The notes under the pieces were generated by a model, which worked only from the letters and a program-made list of their open reading frames with translations, was not told the DNA's origin and searched no databases. A DNA stretch of 64,000 nucleotides from Podarcis melisellensis. Its lineage: Eukaryota. The position numbers and the translations under genes were made by a program. Positions 10,834 through 22,678 of this stretch are shown one piece after another. Location: assembly GCA_964234715.1 (NCBI GenBank), contig OZ174286.1, one strand, 5' to 3'. Within the stretch, counting starts at the first letter, position 1. Each line of letters opens with the position of its first letter.

Positions 10834-13269
10834 AGCTGCAAGCGGTTCTAACCTGAAAGAGAAGAGGTTTCAAACCATTTTCCTAGCCCCGCTCCTCTGG
10901 TTTCGACCGCCGGTTTCCCCTTCGAGTCTTCTCTTGAATCTTAAGAGCAGAAACCGAGTCTTGCTGGGATGGATCCGACCAAAGGTCCAATTGACCTACA
11001 AAGTGGCCCACGGGATGTCCCTGGACCTCTCTGAAACGGGAAATGGTCAGTCGCCCGTGCACTTATGAGGTGCGCATTCCCGTATTTCCATGTTTTTCGC
11101 CTTCGCTAGACTCACGAATCGGCTCGACCTTCACTGTAGCACTTATTTAAAGAGAGGAATGGCGGAAGGGAATTCTTTCCATTGGGATCTATAGATTCGC
11201 AATCTTTTTATTTAAACTGGGGTGTGTGTGTGATGATTATTTTTAAACAGACTTGTAGTATCTTTCCTTTATTCGCCAACGGACCCTTTCCCAGGTAGAC
11301 GGCTGTTGTTGTTGTTGTTGCATAAGTAGCAAGATTTTTCAAGGCATGCGCTTCATTTCTTTTGGATCTGGCAGATGAGGGGTTGAAGGCGGGGATCAAC
11401 ACACCGCACAGAGATTCCCCCTCCTCGAAGTTTTGATCTACCTGATTTTAGCCCCACCAAGTCCTGGGAAATGCGAAGGTGGGCCGTGCGCGCGGGTCCC
11501 ATTTCATTGCGCGGAGATCTGCTGTTACAACTCTAAGCCCATTGATAATACGTTTCCAATGTGCTAGCCCATAAAAGTGCTCCTTATATGGCATTAATTT
11601 TGCTAGAAGTCATATTGCCCTCCTAGGAATCTGATAAGAACTTGTTCCTCACACATTAACACAGTGTAAGTTAAGTCGAGTTGGGGAAACACGGACAATA
11701 TTACTCCAGGGTGTGGGGAAGGCGGCTCTTCTTAAAGGCTGCTGACCCCCTGCCTCTGGTTGTTCTGCCTCCATGCTTAACTTGTGCTGGAAGCCAGCAG
11801 ACGTGAAAAACCCAGGGTGCAATTCTTGGCTGGTGGGAGAGGAGATGAGAGGTGAGGGTGATGGGTATGGCAGTGGTGGAAGTGGCTTAAGAAGGACGTC
11901 TTGCCTTTCCATAAAGATTTTACGGGCCGGCAAACTTGCAACTATCTCTGCCAGGCTTCCCATCCGACAAGCCAGAAACCTCAGGAGGCCCCCTTCGCGT
12001 TAACTTGCCTAGGAGAAAACTCGCGTTCTGTGTCCTGCTGCCTTCTGAATGTTTTAGAAGCTAAGCGGAGGGGAATCCCATAAAGGATGGGAGGGAATTT
12101 CCCCAGTTTTGTAGGCAAAACCAGGGCATTATTAGGCATGCGAGGCTTGGCAGATAGATCCTACCCTACACACCCCTCCGTGGTGTGGAAAGGGGGAAAT
12201 GTGCGGAGTGGCATATGAGCTTTTTGCAGGACTGCATTGTATGAAAGCCAAGGGTAAGCCGTGCCAGAGAGAGAGGGTATATCTGAAAGCCACCCTCTCT
12301 GCTGCACTCACTACACCGAAGGCTTGGTCAGGAAAAGAAGGCAGCGCCTTTGCCTCCCGATTCCCTTGGCATTCTTAGCGCTTTTGAGGGCTTTATGGAC
12401 GAGGGAGTGGGTGCCAAAACGGAACCGAGAAGAAGATTTACAGCACAATATTGAATTGTTCAAAAGAATATTCCTACTCGCTTGGGAGCAGAGACAGGCG
12501 ATCATTTAAATCCTACCAGCTGGGGCGGTTTGGAAGAAGAGATACTTAACGCAGGGATTTGTAACCTAAAAAAAAAAAAGTTAAACAAATATTTGTTTTC
12601 TTTTCTTAAAAAAATAACAATTCTAAAAGACTCCATGGACAATAAGTGATGTTATTTCTCTCAAGTTTTTATTATTTCCAAACAACGCGTGCCAAGAACA
12701 TGAGAGACAGAGAGGCAGAGAGAGAAGTGGAGCCATTCTTTCGCTCCCCCCCCCCCCCAATTAAAAAATCTATCTATCTGCCCCCGTCTGCCGGTCTCAC
12801 TCTCTTGTCTGCTAGTTGTCTACCACAATTACGAACTGGCTACACAGTTTTGTCTGACAGTCCTTTTTAGCCTTTGATGGGTTGAGAATGAGGATATTTT
12901 GAGATAATTTGCTTGTGGCGCACTTTTGAATCTATAGTGGGTGTGCGATTATTATTATACTCCCCCTTGGGGGAAAAAGAAACAATTCCGAACACTAACC
13001 ATTAGAATTTAATGTTAATCTGAGGATATCTCGCATCCACGTTCTTTGAGACCTTTTGCTATCCTCGTCCCTACAAGACACACCAGATATTTCTGCTTCG
13101 CATGTTAGTTTAAGACCAGATACGGAAGACTTCGATGCAATGCTTGCTTACTGGGTCAACAAAGATGGGCTCATATTGTTACTGTTGCTTCTGCGGCGCT
13201 AGACAGGAATATTTCACAGTGGCGCTCCTCAGCCTCTCTGCCAGGCGGGGGTTCACTTCTGAGCCGGTA

Positions 13270-13355
13270 TTTCTATATGTACACTTAGCTGAAAGTAAAC
13301 CCACCCATCCCACACTGAACACAGTGGGACTTGCTTCCGCGTAAAACACGTATAT
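13270..13355. mobile_element. Hairpin MITE copy
   Basis: cacttagctgaaagtaaaccc...cactgaacacagtgggacttgcttcc, closely similar to 16311-16370. Confidence 0.6.
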
Positions 13356-14165
13356 GCCAATATTCAAAGATGGGAGCCAGGCTTGAGAATTTTCTTCATT
13401 AGTGTCGTTGTCATCTTAGGAGGAGATTGGGTGACTTTATGATGTCCGTAAACCTTCAGTGCTAGTGAGGAGGTCAGGTTGGTTTAGAACTTCCAGTGGC
13501 CCGTGATGCCATAATCACCGCCACTAAAAATAGCTAAGCAAAAGCATGTCCCAGGGCTTGACAATAAATACTGAGGTTTTAATAATTTCATCACAGCCAT
13601 GGGCTGTATGAGATGGGATTGGGAGAGCAAAAGGGGGAGGGGGGAATGTTGGTGGCGAGGTGGCAGAAAGAGAGAGAGGAGTTGGGATGTTGAAAGGTTC
13701 ACTTACAGCTCGCTTTACGACCTGAACGCTTAATATGCTCCTTTGCATTTTTATATTAGCGCATATGCTTAAAGAGGAAGCCTGGCTAAATTATGGGTTG
13801 CATTAAAATCGGGGCAAATTGTTTTCTATTGTTTGTCTCCCCTTTCTCCTCCGTGTGCGCGAGAGCCCACGCGCGCCTTTCCCCCTCCTTTGCTCACACG
13901 CAGGCAAAAGGCAGCCTATATGTGGCAACATCAATTGTACCCCGGGTACCTAGGCAAGGGCAGCTATGTGGCACCATCGATTACACACACACACACACAT
14001 ACACACACACATATATAAAATTCAGCAGTGGACCTGAGAGCAGCTCATTGCCTACGAAACCAAACGGGGAGGGGTTGCTGGCGAGGGCTGGGATTCCATT
14101 GGCTGCACGCACTCGCCGTGGCGCGGGGGTATCTCTAATCATATCCAGCATGTTTTGCACAAGAA

Positions 14166-15123
14166 ATGTCAGCCAGAAAGGGCTATCTGCTCTCTTCGCC
14201 AAATTATTCCACCACGGCCATGGCATGCTCGGAGAGCCCCGCTGCAAACTCTTTTTTGGTGGACTCCTTGATCAGCTCAGCCTCAAGCAGAGGGGAAGGC
14301 GGAGGAGGCGGAGGCGGGGGCGCCGGAGGAATTGGAGGAGGAGGCGGAGGAGGCGGCGGCTACTATCCCAACAACAGCGGTGTCTACCTGCCACAGGCGT
14401 CCGATCTGTCCTATGGGCTGCAAAGCTACGGGCTTTTCCCGGTCTTGAGCAAACGCAATGAAGGCCCTTCTCCAAGCGTGGCGCCGGCTTCTCACGCCTA
14501 CATGTCAGGGATGGAAGTCTGGCTAGATCCCCCCCGGTCCTGCCGCCTGGAAGAGCACGAGAGCCCGCAGGCGACCTCCTGCTCCTTCGCTCCCAACATC
14601 AAAGAGGAGAGCTCCTACTGCCTCTATGACGCCGAGAAGGGCCCCAAAGAGGCGGCGGCCACCGACTTGTCCGTTTTCCCAAGGCTGAGCTCGGAGGTCT
14701 GCTCCATGAACAACGTGACAGCCACCGGGGTGCCCGTCCCAGGCTACTTCCGCTTGTCTCAAGCCTACGGCACCAGCAAGAGCAGCGGCAGCAGCAATGG
14801 CAGCAGCTACAACAACAACAGCAACCACCACCATCAACATCATCACCACCAACAGCAGCAGCACCATCCGGGGCAGATGGTGGCTCCTTCCCAGTTCGCC
14901 CCGCAACCTCAAGTGCGCTTTGAAACTCCGCCAGCGTTGACTCCTGCAGTCCCACCGCCGGATCCGGGGAGGAAAGACAGCGAGGATTCATCCCCACCCA
15001 GCACCTTGGCTTGCGTGGCCCAAAGGGGTGAGGAAGAAGGGCAAGCTTCCTCTTCGGCCCCCGAAGAACTCTCCCCGGCTCCTTCAGAGAACAGCAAGCC
15101 CTCTCCGGAGAAGGAAACGCTAG
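14166..15123 (+). CDS. HOXA10: Homeobox A10, exon 1
   Basis: MSARKGYLLSSPNYSTTAMACSESPAANSFLVDSLISS, NIKEESSYCLYD and VPVPGYFRLSQAY motifs; donor CTAG|GTAAGC. Confidence 0.97.
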
Positions 15124-16230
15124 GTAAGCAATAAAATAACATAAATAAATGCACTCCTCTCTACCCGCCTAGCTCCCCCGCCCCCGCGCACGGCAGCCGG
15201 CCCCGTTGCCACAAAAACCGGGAGGGGTGGGTGGGATGCGATAAGGGGGCGAGAATCGCCCAGAATACTGGAAGCCCCCTTCGCTGACCAAAATGGCCAT
15301 TCATAGAGCGGCTTAGCGTAACCTGCCGAGCTGCCATTCATATTTCGACGCTGGGATGCTGTAAATAAATAAGTATTGATATAGCCACCCCTTCGAGCTT
15401 ATGAGCCATACAAAAAGAAAGGAAAAGCTGAGTATGGGTAAAATCCTAAAAGAGACAAAATAGGAAGAAAGGGAAAAAGAGATAAATGCAGCTCTGTATT
15501 TCCTCGCCTCAAGTGATGCTGAGGTGACTGCAGAGATAACATAGATGTTTGTAAAGCGTCCAAAGTAAGCAAGGGGCCAGCGCCAATAAATAAGCCCATT
15601 AACAGGCTAAGTTCTAGTTTACGATCCTGGATGCCTTAAAAAAAAAAAAAAAAGGAGGCAGCTGGGTTAAAATTCTCTTCTATGAAGCACTATCAAATTA
15701 GACTGCTGGAGACTGCGCTGTAAGAGGCTCTCCAGAGCGCCACAAGGCTTCTGTGTTGAAATATACGCAGGGTCATTGGAATGAATGGGAGCTGTACAAG
15801 AATGCCAGAGTTCCTGGTCGGTGCTCAGTCATTCATTTCAACGCGCGGGGATGGCGAGTGGCTTTTGCAGAAGAATTTTCTATTTCATGATGCCATTAAA
15901 GGGAATAATAAAATAATAATAAGAAAATAAAACCGGGATCTCCGCAGGGTAAGCTTACAGTTGTTTCTCCCACAATTCTGAAACAGGATGCAATGAAGCA
16001 TGTTAAGTGTGTGCACACATATATGCATATGCATATCGTTATCTAAATGCACACAGAGAGAGTTGGGTTTCCCGCCCCAACCCCACCTCCAGCTACATGT
16101 ACTTCCAAAAAATAAAGAGAAATGCGTATGTGCTTTAAAAAAAACAACGTGCATCATCAGTGTGTGCTTGTAGGAACCATATCAGCGCTAAACTGCCCAA
16201 CGGTTTAGATTTAATTTGAATTTTAAACGC

Positions 16231-16413
16231 ACAGCCCGTTCCTATGCTTGCTTGTTTGCTGCACCACTGAATTGAACGGGCTTGATTCTCAGCAACGCAA
16301 CATTCCTATACCTGCTTACCGGGGAGTAAGCCGCACTGAACACAGTGGGACTTACTTCTGAGCGAACATGCTCTGGAAGGGTGTGTGGAGTAGTTTAGAT
16401 GGGATTGCAGCCC
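16231..16413. mobile_element. Hairpin MITE copies, apparently nested, in HOXA10 intron
   Basis: Inner copy cctatacctgcttaccggggagtaagccgcactgaacacagtgggacttacttctgagcgaacatg sits between the two halves of an older copy ending gggattgcagcc. Confidence 0.6.
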
Positions 16414-16928
16414 TCATTCGCCAGAAATATTAGGCATAACAATTCGAAAACGACCCCACCCCCAATAAAAAAACAGCCACCCAGGGCTTCTTCTTTTTTT
16501 AATCGAGCGCTTCGACAGCGTCGACCACATTTTCAAATAATCTGGATTTAGGGGAGGGAGCAGGGGGCGGTATCGCAACGAGTGTTTTGAGAACAAACGG
16601 CCAGGACTGAAGCAGTGGCAAAACCCATCAAGACGCCACTGCCAAAGGCATTTGTGCGCATCGGTGTCAACTCCAAAAGCGATCTGGTCTCTCAGACCAG
16701 CGAGATGCGGCAAAGTCAGATTGTGTTGCAATGCTCGCTCTCCTTTGGGGCTCCCGATTTAAGAGGGACCCGAACCCTGAAGGAAGGCCAGAGTGCCCTT
16801 CTCAAATTTATATTCGGTACTAAGTACGGAAGCGTCCCCCAGCCCAGCCCCGCTACGCCGCCCAAGTTTTCCTGGTGTCGTTCTGGTAACCTTCCCTTTT
16901 CCCCCTTATTTTCCCCCCTTAAAACTAG

Positions 16929-17203
16929 GCAATTCCAAAGGAGAGAACGCAGCCAGTTGGCTCACCGCAAAAAGTGGCAGGAAGAAGCGATGCCCTTACA
17001 CCAAGCACCAAACTCTCGAGCTGGAAAAGGAGTTTCTGTTCAACATGTACCTGACTCGTGAGCGTCGCCTAGAGATCAGCCGCACAGTCCATCTAACAGA
17101 CAGACAAGTCAAAATCTGGTTTCAGAACCGCAGGATGAAACTGAAGAAAATGAACAGGGAGAATCGAATCCGGGAGCTCACAGCCAACTTCAATTTCTCC
17201 TGA
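16929..17203 (+). CDS. HOXA10: Homeobox A10, exon 2 (homeodomain)
   Basis: Acceptor aactag|GC; [50 protein letters not shown]...[15 protein letters not shown]; spliced CDS 1233 nt. Confidence 0.98.
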
Positions 17204-18501
17204 TGAACCCTAGGCACGCATCTTGATGGTCTGAACAGCTAGGACGGTTCCACCCCACCCCACCCCACCCACGGGTCTCCTCCCCACCCCCTAAGCCTCT
17301 AGCTACTCGCACCTGTGTGCGTCCGAGCCTTTCAATTACACCCTCAGCCTCTCCATGGCCTCTTGGTAATTGATTTCGTTGGGATGAAGCCATAACTGAT
17401 ACACACTACCCCATCCATGTCCGCTGCTGCCCTCAGTCAATGCCCGGTCTGGAAGGTCTGACGCTGAGGGGGGGAAATGGTTTTCAGAACCCTAGATGCC
17501 TATTGTCCCCCCCCCTTCTCAACACCCTTCTCCCAAACTCCATTTTCAGAAAATTGAGCCAAATAAGACTGAAGGCAACTTGCGTTCTCTCCCACCCCAC
17601 TGTAATGATAGCTGGTGTTCTGGATCTGAGCCGAGGATGGTTTTGAATAATTAAAATCTGGCCGCGCCGCTGCTTAATAGGAAGCATGCGTCTAGCCGAT
17701 CCAGATAACATCAGGTTATAGAATACGGTGTCAGGAGCCAAGGCTGGCGCACTTATATGTTTGTGCCCAATCCCCCGCGTACCCAAAAATCCATATTTAA
17801 TATTACAACTTTTAAAATTGCCACGAAAATGAGACCTCTTCCCCCTCCTCCTCCTCCTCCTTCCCCCCCAAAAGGAGAGAGGAAAGTCTTTGTCTGCTTT
17901 ATTGGCTAAAATCTTACACTTTCTGGTTGTAGGTAATGACTTGAGGTAGTTTTTGCTTTGGATACCTTTGGGTTACCGCTAGTTACGCTTGTCAAGCACA
18001 TGAAAGGAAGGAAGGAAGAAATCTCCCCGCTTTGGAGAGGAGAAGCGACTTTGTCCACGGAGAGGTGTGTTATTCTATGTATATTGGACCACCAGATGAA
18101 TTTTCCCCCTGACTTGACTGTGGGGGACAGCAAGGGAGGTGAAAGTTTCCCCCCTGGTTTCCTTGATACTGTGAAGTTACATGCGTTGAAAAGGTCAAGC
18201 GTGTAGTGCAAAGAGAAGATTTTTTTTTAAAAGAAAAAAAAATATCTATGAATACAGAATATGTATAAATGTCTATTAATATTAATATTATTAATATTAT
18301 TAAAATGCCGATACTGTTGCAAGCAAAGCATTCTATAGCGTTATTCTCGATGTAAGCTCTATCTCTCGTCCATCCCCTCCTTACCTTAAAACCAATGAAT
18401 TGTAATGCTGCCCTGCGTGGAAGTAAAGCAAAACAAAAAAACAAAAAACAAAAAAACACAGGACAAAATGGAGACGCTGTTTATGTTTCTCTTGGAAGAA
18501 G

Positions 18502-18507
18502 AATAAA
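18502..18507 (+). terminator. Probable HOXA10 polyadenylation signal
   Basis: AATAAA with downstream T- and GT-rich elements. Confidence 0.55.
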
Positions 18508-19845
18508 AGGCATGGAATGAACCACCCTCTTTTTTTAAAAAAAAATACCTCGTTTGTGACTGTTTATTCTCATGGTCCTACTTTCAGATCTCCAAGAACT
18601 TTTACAACAGGAATAGTTTGCCCGAGTCCCCTGCAATTACTTTAGGAATCTATTTAAATATTACCTAGACGGTCGTAATTTGTCTGGGCCATATAGCAAT
18701 GGTGCTGTAAGGTTTGTCGGCTTTTGTTCAGTTTTATGACTTGCTAGTATATCTGGATTGTTGCTGTCTTGGACGAGTGGTTTTAGTTGACTGAGGGGCT
18801 GCACAGGCAGAGGAAGCCAAGGGCTACTTATTGGCGAAGTTAGAGGACTTGGGCTTCTCTTTATTTATTTATTTTATTCAAATAACTCGATGGTTAACTC
18901 GCGAGGAAGGATCCACTATTATTATTATTATTATTTTTATTTTTTTATTTTAAACCAAACAAAACTACCCCACTAGACGCTCGGAGATCTTTTCAACTCC
19001 AGAGGAAAACCTAGATGCCCACACATACACAAAAAGGCGATTCTGAAAAGGTGAGCACGTGGGAACGAGGATCTTGAGCCTTGTTCTCCTTGATCGATCA
19101 GCTTTTCCGCCATGTTTATTCCTCCCTGCCTCGCTACCTGCCTGCTTGCGGATGCGCTAAAGCGGAGAATGTTTTGGCATTAAGGTTCTGTATCATTGCA
19201 CGTTGATCAGCTCTAGAATCCAGACAAAGGCGAATCGGGTGGGGAGGGAAGAAAGAGGGGGAGATTGGAAGGGGTGGGAGTGGAGTCGGTGGTGATGGGA
19301 GCCTGAAAGGGCTGTGTAGCCATTTCTTTTTCCAGACTTTGAACCCGCGCATCTTGATCGCCTTCGATAGCCTATGTATACAAGGATTCTTGCCTCTCGA
19401 GGCCTCCCTGGCCCTGCTGCCCCTTTCTCTAAGTTGCATTTTAAAAAGGCATCATACCTAATTCGATCCAGTTAGAGAACTATGATGGAACGTAGAGAGT
19501 AAGATTAAACGGAGTGACTACAGACTGGGCACAAAGGCGTTTCTAATGATTTGGCGGGCCCAGAAGAAGAGAAAGAACTTCATTTTATTTTTTAAGCACA
19601 CACACAAGAATGTGGAAAGTTTGTAGACCGAGATGGAGACTTTGGTGGAGAGGGCAGAGGGGGGCGGTGGGAAGGGTGAGGTCTTGTTGCTGTTCGGTTT
19701 TTTTTGGGGGGAGGGGGTTTTCCTCACCCCACCCGCTCGGAATCTGTTTCTTTTGGGCATTGGTGTCTCTCCATATTTATTCGAAGCGGGATCCTGTTTC
19801 CTAAGGAAAGCGGCAGTGGGGAGCCCTCTTAATTAGGAGGCTGAG

Positions 19846-19934
19846 AACTGGTCGGTGGTTTAGGTAGTTTCATGTTGTTGGGGCTGGATCTCAATCTCTC
19901 TCTACAGCACGAAACTGCCTTAATTACTTCAGTT
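19846..19934 (+). ncRNA. MIR196B: pre-miR-196 hairpin (HoxA locus, orthologue of mammalian miR-196b); mature 5p at 19861-19882
   Basis: TAGGTAGTTTCATGTTGTTGGG pairs with CTACAGCACGAAACTGCCTTA; flanks ACTGGTCGGTG...TTACTTCAGT; located between HOXA10 and HOXA9. Confidence 0.97.
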
Positions 19935-21577
19935 TGAAATCATCAACCGGGTCTAATAAGAATAAGAATAAGCGCCGGAGTCCATCCTTAGTAATAGCGA
20001 TACAATACTAATAATACCGCCTTTTACCGAAGAAATCTGGCAAGCTACCTTTCCTCGGCAGGCGTTAAGTCCCAATGCCATTGGTTTGCCTTCTGCGCGC
20101 CGAAAAACCCCGCGCCTTTCCGGCTGCCTCAATTAATGCATTTCAGCCAAGGTGGAAGAGGGGGAAAATGTTTCAAGGCGCTATTGGAGTAGACCTTCAA
20201 GCTTAGCTAGGATCGGTTGTCTTCGGTTTTTCTCATGCAGGTTTCCTTCAAGGTCAGGTGCACTCTGCCAGTTTGAGAATGTCCAGATTTTATTGTCTAA
20301 TCCGTATCAATGGATACTTTGATTATTGTTGCTGCTGTTGCTGGTGATATTATTCGCATTATTCGCAAAAAATATCTGTTGCTGTTTTCCTCCCTATGTA
20401 TTGGGTGTGTTTCAGTTACTCCGCTGTAAAGAGAGGGAATCTGGTAGCAATTTCCAGCTCTGCTTACTGGTTCTCTCTCATTATATTTTATTGAGCTATA
20501 TTGTGTTATGAGGTCTTGCCGCCGGCCCGTTTGCGCAAACACACACACACACAGCCCTCGCTCTCCCTTTACTTACAGTGGTGGCCTTCAGAATCACTCT
20601 GTTTTCTCTCGGCTGTTTTCTCCCCCCACCCCGAAGCTAGAACAGTCTTTCCAATGTCTGCAGGGAATGCAGACCCTAAGGGCATAAGGGGCGGAAAGAG
20701 GGAGCTCGGGGAGGCAGGAAAACTCAGGAGGGGGGACCCCAAGGATTTCTCTGGAGCTCACAAGGCCTCGGTTACGATCATTATTGGAGTGTGTCCGGGG
20801 GCCTGCATTCCAATGAGGCGGAATAAGCAACAGCGACCTCGCTTGGGCTCGAGGCTGCGCTGTGCTGTGCTGTCGCCTTGCCTTTTATGCGCAGCAGCCC
20901 AGCGAGAGGCGAAGGAGCTGCAGCGCCTTGTTTACACCGGATACACACATTGTTTACAGCTATTGTAAATGAACAAGACCTCTCCCTTCCATGTCCTGCG
21001 GTGGGTACGGGTGCGTGGGTATTGGGAAACGCACGGGAATATCCTTTATATTCTTTTTTCCCCTCCCCCACCCTTCAAGTTTCCGAACGTTTCAGAGAAC
21101 AATTAAAAAGGCTGGAGAAATCAGATTTGTTTAATTCTGCCTCCCACAAACACACACCGTCCCGTCAATTTTGGGGGGAGCCTTTGCCATGGTTGAATAA
21201 TTTAAATGGCAAGTTCACACGATAAGTGCTTCGCGGGCATTGCTGCTTATAATATGGACATTGTGTGGTTATGTATGTGTCTGTGTTTGCACCAATGCAC
21301 GTGCCTACGGCTTGGATAGAGGACGTACATGTTCCCACCACATGAATACAGAAAGCAGGCATTGCTGTATGCAAGCAGCTGCTATGGCCAGCCTTCTGTA
21401 TGAAGTGTGTGCTTCTTCTGAATCATTCTACGATTGTTTGGTCACTTATCTTAAGCAAAGCTTATTTAAAAGCTAAAAACACAACAAAACAGACAAACCC
21501 AAGAACCCGGAATTCTCCATCTCAGTGCGCAATACATTACCTCCTACAGAATATTATCCAAATCCTATTAGGACTAC

Positions 21578-21644
<67 letters not shown>
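21578..21644. repeat. (TTTC)n microsatellite
   Basis: Direct reading. Confidence 0.95.
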
Positions 21645-22514
21645 TTTAAAAAGAGAAAACTCTATATGTCTCTGTGTGTACACACATATATATGTGTGCA
21701 TGAATGAGAGGGAGAAAGGGGTGGAATATATGTGGGGGGGGGAGAGAGAAACATTAGTCAATTATATTGCTTAGATATGTTTAGGAACATACTGATTACT
21801 TCAGACTCTGTGTAAAATAAGTAAATAAAGTGCGAGCACACAGTTATAACCCTTAAACGGCGTTTTTGTTTTTCCTTTTATCTGTCTGGTAGGTAGATTC
21901 AAGGGTTAAAACCTAATAATGTGTGTGTGTGTGTGTGTGTGTAACCAGATATAGTTATTAAAACTCTGAAGCTGCGACCATATATGCACACTAACTTGAA
22001 ATAAATACTGTTGAGATCAGTATAACATTTTTTAACCTGGGTGAAAATTTCCCGAAATGGGCGAGACAGTGTATATGGGTTGTTTATATGTCACGGCTAC
22101 CGTTCTGCACAGACTTACTTGGGAGTAAGTCCCAAATTTATGTGTTCAGGGTAATGTCCAAAGACTGGACCCGAAGCCTATTTCATTGGAGCTAATTAAC
22201 AGTTCAAAGAAAGAAGGAATTCGGCTAATGAGGAGGCTTTCTCCATTTTCATATTATTTGTCACTAAATGGAAGTCAGCTATAGGTGCTACAAAGCCGAG
22301 CTATTAAAAAAAGATTCCTGTTTATACTGAAAATACAATATGTGCACCAAATGAAGAAAATGGCGAAGTACTTTGTATTTATCCCTTTCTATCATTTCGA
22401 AGGTGAATATAACAAATCATCTTTAAATTCTTTAATTTTAATGGCTGAGCAGCCAGCTTTTTTAAGGGAGCTCTGAAATGTTTATTCCTTTATTGTAACG
22501 CGAGCCTTACATTT

Positions 22515-22678
22515 CAAATTTCTACATGTCTACTCAAAAGTAAGTCCCACTGAGTTCAATGGCGCTTCTAGGTAACTGGGTAAAGAGACTGCAGTCTTAG
22601 ACTGTAATTTTACCCAGAAGTAAGTCCCACTGAGCTTTAATGGGACTTACTCTGTAGTACGTGCCGGGGATTGCAGCT
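22515..22678. mobile_element. Two tandem hairpin MITE copies joined by TTA
   Basis: AAGTAAGTCCCACTGAG repeated at 22538 and 22618; junction gactgcagtc-TTA-gactgtaat at 22597-22599; second copy ends ggattgcagc. Confidence 0.7.

Noticed and set aside
22538-22634. 17-bp direct repeat with spacer, superficially CRISPR-like
   Set aside because: Vertebrate DNA with only two units; explained by tandem MITE copies
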